Source: Octopus sinensis
Taxonomy: Eukaryota
Reading direction: 5' to 3'
Assembly (NCBI RefSeq): GCF_006345805.1
Contig: NC_042999.1
Span: forward strand, 82,460,001 to 82,524,000
Length of the DNA stretch: 64,000 bases
Made by a program: the position numbers and the translations under genes. The notes beneath the pieces are model-generated. The model was given only the letters and a program-made list of their open reading frames with translations. It had not been told where the DNA came from and searched no databases. Shown piece after piece: positions 54,777-64,000 of the stretch (within the stretch, counting starts at the first letter, position 1; each line of letters starts with the position of its first letter).

Positions 54777-55205
54777 ACTTTCGGCCAGAATGGATTAGAT
54801 CAAACATCAATATCTATTACATGTTCATTTATTCAACTGCGGTTATGCTCGGGAACCATCTTCAGGGGTGTTTTTAGTCAAACAGAGTTGGCCCAGATCA
54901 CGACTGAACGACATCACGTGGAGAAAAGATGAAATCCTGTTTGCTGTTACAGTAACACTTTGGGTGCTTTAGCCCAAACGTTTCTAGAACAGAATTACTT
55001 TTTAAGCCTAGTACTTATTCTATCGGTCCCTTTTGCCGGACTGCTAAGTTACAGGAACATAAACACACCAACACCGATTGTCAAGCGGTGATGAGAGGAC
55101 AAACACCGACACAAAGAAACACCCAGATAAATATATACATATATATATACACACATATATATATATATATACATACATACATACATACATACATACATAC
55201 ATACA

Positions 55206-55241
<36 letters not shown>

Positions 55242-55248
55242 TATATAG

Positions 55249-55394
55249 TTAATCCAAACATGAAAATGCAAAGAGAAAACACAACAACGCGAGGACGTGG
55301 AACAAGTATAGTATTATTGGACGCTCAGGAAAGAAGGAAAGAAACATAGGAAAAGGAAAGATCCAAAGAAGGGAAGACGGAAGAAAAAAATCGC

Positions 55395-55396
<2 letters not shown>
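55249..55396 (-). mobile_element. pLTR-like repeat lacking the hammerhead segment
   Basis: Colinear with 38390-38575 except for a deletion near 55341. Confidence 0.65.
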
Positions 55397-55476
<80 letters not shown>

Positions 55477-56424
55477 CACACACACACACATATATATATA
55501 TATGTGAGAGAGAGAGATGGAAGATGGAAGATGCAGGAATTTTTATTGATCACTGCAATAGTTTCGATCCATCTAACATCAATCCAATTGTTAACTATCC
55601 CACCCGTGAGGGATCGATGCTATTGTAGTGATCAATAAACGTCTTCCGCCTCACTCATGAATCAAATATCCAATGAACACTGTGAAAGTGGACGTAATTC
55701 AGCTTTAGCTACAAGGTGTATACCATACGATTTAGTATCTAATATATTTATTCATACATATATTGAACTCAAAGCAGCATATGAGACACGAACTTTCTAT
55801 AATGCATGCAGACGTGCATTGTAAATGACATTCAAACCAAGACTAATGACTTGACTACCAAAAACTAATGCACACATTTTACAATCTTTAAGAACATTGT
55901 TAAGTTGCTGCACCTTATTTCTATTATTATAGAAAGTGTAGAGTTGGTAGGGAAATTAAGGCATTGGCTACAATACTAGTAGTGCTTGATCTGACTCTCG
56001 TACTCTGAGTTCAAATTCTTCCTGGATCAGGTTCACCGTTCCTTCTTTCTAGGTCGATAAAACAATTATCAATTCAGGGTTGTGGAGTGACGGAAATGTT
56101 AGACGAGCGAGCAAGACACCTCGTGATTTCAGTTCTAGCTTTTTGCATTCTAAGAGCAGCACTCGGAACGATTCTAGTGCCAAGCAGTGTCAGTCCCGGT
56201 TGGTGGCTTTTCTCTTATCTAAATAAATATCAGTGGCGTAGAGATAGGAGACTTTTATATGTCAGTCTTCCTGCAAGAAACACTTGCCCAGAACTACATT
56301 TGCATTTGCTGAGAACTGGTTAAATTTGACCGACAAAGGCGCTCCAACACTGAGGTGTTCTTAACACAAGGTTTGAATTTGTATGTGCTTAGTTACATAA
56401 AAAAGGTATGCCTGTGTGGCGCTT

Positions 56425-56427
56425 GCG

Positions 56428-56458
<31 letters not shown>

Positions 56459-56515
56459 CTTCTTCTTCTTCTTCTTCTTCTTCTTCTTCTTCTTCTTCTT
56501 CTTCTTCTTCTTCTT

Positions 56516-56516
<1 letters not shown>
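56425..56516. repeat. (CTT)n microsatellite, about 30 units
   Basis: Direct reading. Confidence 0.95.
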
Positions 56517-56547
<31 letters not shown>

Positions 56548-56670
56548 CTCTCTCTCTCCCTTTTATTTGATAATATTGATGCATCCTATACCCACGAAAC
56601 TTGCATTCACTCACTCACACACAAATATACACACATATACACACACACACAAGCACAAACACACACACGC

Positions 56671-56793
<123 letters not shown>

Positions 56794-57002
56794 ATATTTA
56801 TATATATATTTATATATGAACAACATATGAAAACATACAACGTACTCTTACATGCATATTACATACTTATCTCACTATATGCATTGATAGACAAAAAGAT
56901 GATATATACAGACATACGAGCGCACGCAAAAATGTGTTTATATGCGTGTGAGTGCTTCTATACACATACTTAAAAACATAGGAAATGACATATCTTGAGT
57001 CT

Positions 57003-57044
57003 TAGATAGATAGATGGATAGATAGATAGATAGATAGATAGATT

Positions 57045-57128
<84 letters not shown>
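57003..57128. repeat. (GATA)n tract at the 3' junction of the Tx1 element
   Basis: Direct reading. Confidence 0.95.
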
Positions 57129-57129
<1 letters not shown>

Positions 57130-57443
57130 CTTTCTTTTATTAGCCACACAGGGCTGAATACAGAGGGGACAAATACAAATGCAGAGCTTTTCTTTTCGAG
57201 GGTGGAAAAAAATAAAAAATGTAAGATTGCGATCAAAAGGGATCGAGAGGAGGAAAAAAAAAAAAAAAAAAAAGGAAAAAAAGGAAAATCGTGTATCACA
57301 GAAATAATGGTGTAAACATTGATATAACAAGATTGGGTTCATCCGTGGGAAGAAAAGCCTACAGAAAAGACCACGGGAACCCCAGTCAGGGAGGAAATAA
57401 ACACATGAGGTCAAAAATGCTCTCTTTCTTTCTTTTTTACGAT

Positions 57444-60400
57444 CTACAGGATCATGCTCAAAATGGTTTCGTTACTAGCACGCACCATCTTTGCAACATT
57501 CACCCATCTTTTTTTGAATCTTTCGCGAGACAAAACTTTGCTCTCCATTCTCACCTTCCTTTTCAAGTGGTACTTGAAAAAGTTGATGAGCGATTGGCCA
57601 GAGAGGTATGTGTTTGTCTCTAATCCTTTCGCTCGAGTCCACCACACACATTCTTTCACCATGGCCACCAGTAGGATGAAAACTGCCTTGCCTTCCCGGT
57701 TGAGAGAAGGGGGCGGAGCAATTCTCACGATAGACTCGGCCGATAGGCGGATTCGTCCCACACGTGACAGCAGCCGTTCGGCATAAGCCCACAGGTCGGA
57801 AATGGTTGGACATTGCACGAGTGCGTGCAGAACGGTTTCGTCGCTCTGACCGCATCTCGGGCAAGTCGGTCCAGTGTGTCTGGAACCGTGTCTGTAGAGC
57901 TTATCCCGAACAGGTAATGCTTCTCGATAGCACTGCCAGGCAGGGATCTTTGGTGATTGTTCATAGGTCCCGCCCGAAAGTTGTCCTGAACAGGCGGGTC
58001 AGGTGTTCCTCGTCGACGCCCAGACTCTGCCCGAGTTCGTCGTCCCACCTCCCCTCCACTAATCCTCTATAGAATGCCTTTGTTGTGATGGAGTCGCACA
58101 AGTTCGATCCCGGACGGCAGAGTTGCTTGAGAGCAACGCGACACTCGCGGTGCCATTCGCCTAGCCTCGGTCTCTGCTTGATCCATGACTTTAGTTCGTC
58201 CAAGGAGACGAGCTGCGGGAAAGCGCGCCGCACAAAAGGCGACCACCCCTGTTCACCGTTGTCTATGAAGCGCCGGAGATGTCGCAGTCTCAGCGCATGT
58301 CTGCGCATCATCAACCACGGCATGCCCAGCCCTCCATTTAGCGGGTGTTGGCAGCAAATGGATCGCCTAACCATCGGAACGTTTCCCTTCCACAAGAAGC
58401 GGAAGAGTATGCGTTCCAGTTTGGTGATGGTAGGGTCGGGACAAGGCACGACGGTCAGACGATACTCGATGACGGATGCGATGTACGCGTTCGCCACCGC
58501 CGCCCGACCTTTTAGGGATAGCTTCTCTCAGTCCCTTTCTGGGTGAGAGTAGCCACCCTAGTCGTTATCTCGCCTCGCCCCAGTTCTTCTCCATTTGGAG
58601 GTCCGGACCGAACCAGACCCCAGCAATTTAACCGGTCCGTCCGTCCAGCGTCCCACGATGGAGACGCTGTTGGATGGCATGGGCTTGCTTCTCCAGGTGC
58701 CGAGCCGCAAGCCCACTGACTTTTCCGGTTAATTTTTGCTCCCGTTACCGCTTCGTATTCTTTCAGTGTCTCGCCGACCAGCTCGATGTGCTCGTAGCTC
58801 GACACTATGACGGTGACGTCATCCGCGTATGCAGACACGCTCCTCCGCATCCCAGCTCTCGTGGATGCCCCTCAGCGTCGCCAGTTTCCGCAGTAGTGGC
58901 TCAAGAGTCAGTACATACAGCAGGATGAGAGGGGTCATCCCTGACGAACCGAACGCATGATGTTAAAAGTCTGGATAGATGACCATTTACGCGAACTACT
59001 GAGCGGATGCCGCTGTATAAGGCAGCGATCCAACCGCGGAAAACTGGACCGAAACCAGCCGCTTTGAGGACAGCCTCCAAGTAGTGATGGTCTACCCTAT
59101 CGAAGGCTTTTGATTGATCCAAATTGATCAGCGCCCCACCCATGCCAGGATTTTTAAACTACCATGTCTATGATGTAGCGCATCAGATGGAGGTGTCATG
59201 AATACTTCTAACCCGGTACGGCGCATGTTTGCGCCTTGTCGATTAGTTTTCTTGATGACAAGCGCCAACCTCTCGGCTAACACCTTGGCCAAAATTTTCA
59301 AATCTGCGTTGAGCAGAGTGATGGGCCTGAAATTATCTATGACGTCCCGCTTGTTTGGGTCTTTCTTGATCAGTGCCACTGCTCCTCGCTTTACAAAAGC
59401 AGGAATACTCCCGTTCTGCTGCCAGTGCAGTAGACAGCTGCCAAGACGCCTCCAAACAGTCTGGCATATGAAAATAAAATTCGTAGGGCAGACCATCCAA
59501 GCCTGGTGACTTGTCTCTCGCGCAGCCTACCATCGCATCTACTGTAGCTATCCGCAGCTGTGATAGGTTTTCACAAGACTCCACCTCCCTTGCTGAGAGT
59601 CGTGGCAAGGCATGCAGGTAGGCACTAAAGTCCACTCTGCTTTCTGACTCACCACTTGTCCCAAACAGTTGGGTGAAGTGTTGTTGAAAAACCCCCCACA
59701 TCTTTTAGGCTCGAGCAATTCGCGCCCCTGTTCATCTATAAGAGACTTGATGGTGGCTCTGTTGCCTCGTTGCGTCTCCACCACTCGGGCCTCTTGGGCG
59801 GCTCCAACTCCTTCGTTCCTCAGAGCACGCATCCTAGCTCTGACAACGCATCCCTCGTGTTTGGCGTTGAGGTGTTGGTCGAGGGCCAATCTCGCCGCCA
59901 GTACTTGGACGCGATGCCAGTTCTAAGTGCCTCTTCTAAACCTAAACTAATTCTCCCTCTATTCTATTTCGGTCTAATGCTAGGGCTCTACTGTATCTGA
60001 CTGATTCTGCTTTAATCGCTTTTTTTAGAGCATACCACCATCTGTTGTTGATGATGGTACCCGTCAAAGCTCTCTTAACTAATGTGCTGATCCGGTCCCT
60101 GTAAACCTGTCGTGCTGTAAAAGACGCGTTCAGTTTCCAGTAACCAGGACCCTGCCTATGTGTCTTATCTAAGTCAAGTGTACAAGTCACAAAATTGTGA
60201 TCTGTGTAACTGACTATATGAAATTGTGGACAACCTACACTATTTTTATCTATTGTCCTACAGAATACTCTATCTAAGTATGATCTGGACGACCCGATGC
60301 GGTTACTCCATGTCCACATTGGCACATTCGGTGGTCCAGTCGGTAACCTGTCAGACAGTTGGAAACGTCTGAGCAGGTCTTTGAAGCATTTGCATCCCCT

Positions 60401-60875
60401 TCTATTGCTATCTCTGCCCACGTAGTCTAGATGCGTGTCCAGGGTGGCATTCCAATCCCCCACTAAAAGTAAGGACGAGACGTTCCCATGAAAGACTCTA
60501 GACGTCGAAAGAAATCTGGTCGGCCTGTTAAGGACGGAGCATAAACTGCTATCAGTCGAAAAGCACACTCATTGCTGCCATCGACATCCAAAACGACCAG
60601 CCTACCCTCCGGGTCTAGGAAATTTGCTCTTACTTTGAGATCCAGACTCTCCGGATAAGCACCGCGGTGCCACCTCCGCCCATTCTCGGTAGAACACGGA
60701 GAAAAATAAATGTTGAAATGTGTACCGAAAATGTGCTGGAGTGCCCGCAAGCTGTGGAGTCTGGTCTCACTGATGGCTATGATATTCAGATTTAGTGACT
60801 TGATGTCATTTAACAGGTAGCCTTGTTTCCAAGGCGACCCCAAGCCACGTACATTATACTACCTATTCTGAGCAT
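57444..60875 (-). pseudogene. Tx1 ORF2 (APE endonuclease + RT + CCHC), about 10 frameshifts
   Basis: MLRIGS(I)NVRGLG start, IIAISETRL, LVGDWNA, SYLDRVF, YTDHNFV, PGLDGLPYE, FRPITLLNADLKILAK, LDQSKAFDRVDH, SVRQG*PLS, AYADDVTV, GGLGMP, CPRCGQSDETVLHALVQCP. Confidence 0.95.
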
Positions 60876-60899
60876 GTTCCGATAAAAGTGCAAAAAAGG

Positions 60900-63089
60900 A
60901 AAAGGAGAAGAAAAGGTTACTTGTTTTTCGAAGTTCTTTGTCTTTCACCTCACGGTCTTCTTCTATAAGGCTTTTATACAGTTTTTTCGATGAGTACTTT
61001 TGAAATCTCCCTACTGCATCAGGGTAAAGAGATTTCAGGGTGCTGTATGTGTTCTGTGTCACGTGTATTATTTTAATGTGTTGTGGTGTGTTGTGTGTGG
61101 GTGGTTACTTGTTTTTATGTCGTTTTCAGTAATGTTAGTGTTTGACCTAATGTGTTCCATTAAGTCGTGGTTGTTTGTGTTTATGGCTGTCAACATTTTT
61201 GGGGGGTTTGATGATGGTGTGTTTGTGTTGATGTGTGTGTTTTTCTGTGGATTTTTTTGTTTCGGGAGTGGTGTATCTTCCCGCTTTGTTTGTTATTTTT
61301 TCTTTTCTTTTTTTTCCCCTTTTTCTTCTCCCCCCTGTGGCTATTTGCCAATCTTCGTTCTTCTTCGTCTAATGACAGATCAGACGAATCGGAGTCTGGA
61401 AGAGGAAAGTATTGGGGTCTATTGTCGACTGTGTTGGTTTTTGTTGTTGGTGTTGGTTGGTGAGCGTTTGGTTGTGGTGTATGCGGTTTTGGATGTGGGG
61501 TTTGGGTATTTTGTGTTTGAGTGATTGTGGGTATTGTTGTGTTGTTTAGGGTCTCAATTTTGTGGGGATTTGGAGTTGTAATTGTTTCTTCATTTTTGCT
61601 GGGTGTCTTTTTGGCAGATGTCCTTGGTTTGGGAGTTGGTATATCCTTGGTTGTTGTTTGTTGTGATGCTGCTTCTGTTCTTGGTGCTGCAGTTGGTGTG
61701 GTTGTTTGTTTGGTGGAGGTTTGTTCCTGCAAAAAGTGGTGTGGGTAGTAAACCTGTTTATTTGTTTTTGTTTCCGGCTGCGTGTTGTTGCTGCTGTTGT
61801 TTTCTTGCGGCAGATTTGCAGTCTTTTTTGAGGTGTTGCTCACTGCCGCATATGTAGCAACGTGATCTTCTGCCATCGACGACCACATAAACTTGTGGTC
61901 GTCTGATACACATATCTGGGTGGGTATTTTTTTTATATCTTCATGATGTATATGTAGAAGAAATTCTTTTTTTTTTCCCACCCAGTTTTTATGCTCTGTG
62001 ACTGTGGTTTCCAAAATAGTATAATTCGCCATTTTTACGCATAAGGCCTTTACAAGCCATAGACTATTGGCTATTTTGGGGACATTGTTTTAGAGTGATC
62101 TTAGTCACTTTCTGTCCCCGATAGCTTGGTGTAAGTTGGAGTTCATCTGAGTGAAGAGTTAGCGTTGAGAAATGTCTAGCTAACTCTTCGGTGTAGAAAA
62201 CGACTTGTATGTGGGCAAATTTGTTCCACCAGGTTACATATTCTTTGTGATCCCAGATGGGTTTCAAGCACTTCTCTATTTTGCTTGTGTTGGCCTTCTC
62301 TGGGATTTTTGTTTTTTTGTTAACTATTTTATAAATGATTGTTCGTCTTTTTTCATTTTCCAAAATATCTCTGGTATGTTTATTTTTACTATACCTTCTG
62401 ATTCTGTTATTTTGATTTTCGTGTCTGTATTTGTTGAGCCGTAAAGTATATTGTTTTTTTTTTTTTCTTTAATAATCGCGTCAGCGAAATTTGTTGTTGT
62501 TTTGTTATTGTTGTTGCTTGTGGTGATGTTGTTGTTGGCTGCAGTTTGTAAAATTGGTGTGTTTGGTTCGATCGTACAAGTAGGAAGGGGTGGAAAATTG
62601 CCTGCGTAGGGCAAAATTGCCTGCACTAGGGCAAAATTCGACATTTCGTTTGCTTGTCGTCGTTATTTTTTCACTTGTTGGTGATGGAGTGAGCAGTGGT
62701 TGAAGGGAATTGTTGTTGTCGTCGTTGTTGTTGTTGTTGTTGTTGTTGTTGTTATTGTCGTTCTTGGTGACGGCGGTGGTGTTGGTAGTATTAGTAGTAT
62801 TGACGGCACGGTCTTTGGTGGCGGTGATGGTGATGTTGGTGTTGTTATTGGTGGCGATATCTTTAGTAGGGATAGCAGTTTTAGTAGCAGATTCTGCCAT
62901 GGTGTTGGTGGTGGTGGTGGACTCACTGATGCTGTTGACGGTGCTTGGCCTTGCGACCTTTGTTTTGTATTTGTTGCTGTTGGTGGTGGTGGAGTTGTCA
63001 GGTTCGGCGTATGCTAACAGAGCATCCTGTTTTTCTGTTTCTGCGTCACGCTTGACTTGCAACTCAGCCTCGTGGTGGCCAGTGGCCAT
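60900..63089 (-). pseudogene. Tx1 ORF1 (gag-like), frameshifted, T/N-rich low-complexity N-terminus
   Basis: Start MATGHHEAE at 63089; GRRSRCYICGSEQHLKKDC (CX2CX4HX4C) near 61820-61880. Confidence 0.8.
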
Positions 63090-63260
63090 TTTGGAAATAA
63101 AATGGCTAAATGAAACCACGAAGGCTATGAGAATTTTTTCTTTTAAATTTTGCCCACAAGGGGCAAAATTTTGTGTCGATATTTATCAAAGGTTTACAGT
63201 GGATGTTGTTGCACAACTTTTAAGCACAAAATGTTTGTCAATATACACTTTTAAATAGTC

Positions 63261-63394
<134 letters not shown>

Positions 63395-63930
63395 TGGTAG
63401 GTAGGTGGGGAGGTAGGGACGTAGGTAAGTAGAAAATGCACTGTGAGGTAGGGGCAGAGGGGTAAAATGTAATACCAAGAGAAGCAATATTTTATGAACC
63501 ACAAAAACGGAGGTTGCAGAGGGAGATAAAAGGAAAGGAGCGAAACGACCTCTTACATATTCAAAGTCTGTTAAAAACTTACCGAACAACTGATTGGCAG
63601 ACAAGTGAACAATAACGGTAGCCAAGAGCAAAAGGAACGGTTAAGACAACACAATATATAAAACAAATAGATATATACACCTGACAGGAAGTATTTCAGA
63701 CAGCTCTAAAGTTAATAATGGTCAAGGACATAGGAAAATGGTTATGAGTGGTTTGTGTAGTATGAACGACTGCATGTTTACAAAAGTCGGTGGCAGCTCT
63801 TTCTTCTCTTCAAGTAGATTATGAAATGGAGGAAGGAAATGAAAAAAAAGATAGCAGCCCTATACACGTTTATACTTGGACATATATATACAAGCACTCA
63901 CTCAGTTATACATTTACATATACATATACA

Positions 63931-63997
<67 letters not shown>

Positions 63998-64000
63998 CAG

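Larger units (their letters stand above)
57129..63260 (-). mobile_element. Near full-length (~6.1 kb) Tx1/L1-clade non-LTR retrotransposon
   Basis: Short 5' UTR, ORF1 with CCHC knuckle, ORF2 APE-RT-zinc finger, 3' UTR with AATAAA; (GATA)n on both sides. Confidence 0.93.

Noticed and set aside
61000-63258. Hydrophobic plus-strand ORFs opposite Tx1 ORF1
   Set aside because: Antisense of A/C-rich low-complexity ORF1 sequence.

Overview
Eukaryotic, AT-rich, microsatellite-saturated window with one 100-N scaffold gap (12840-12939). The repeat families and the extreme (TA)/(CA)/(TATG)/(GATA)n density suggest an Octopus-like coleoid cephalopod genome (inference from recalled repeats, no search run). 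I recognise no host protein-coding gene; nearly all tracked ORFs are microsatellite translations or transposon pieces. Recognisable content: a near full-length Tx1/L1-clade LINE (57129-63260, minus) inserted into a (GATA)n tract; a 5'-truncated Penelope element with an open RT/GIY-YIG frame; Tc1 and mariner relics; CR1-like and RLE-type LINE relics; non-autonomous Helitrons; MITEs; many tRNA-headed SINEs. The most interesting signal, folded by hand, is eight minimal type-I hammerhead-ribozyme folds from several unrelated Penelope-pLTR-like repeat families. Their stems covary, several have non-canonical cores (CCGAnGA, CUGUnGA), two face each other in a 561-bp palindrome, and one lies downstream of a tRNA-like head. 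TE boundaries are approximate unless a TSD or TIR is quoted.
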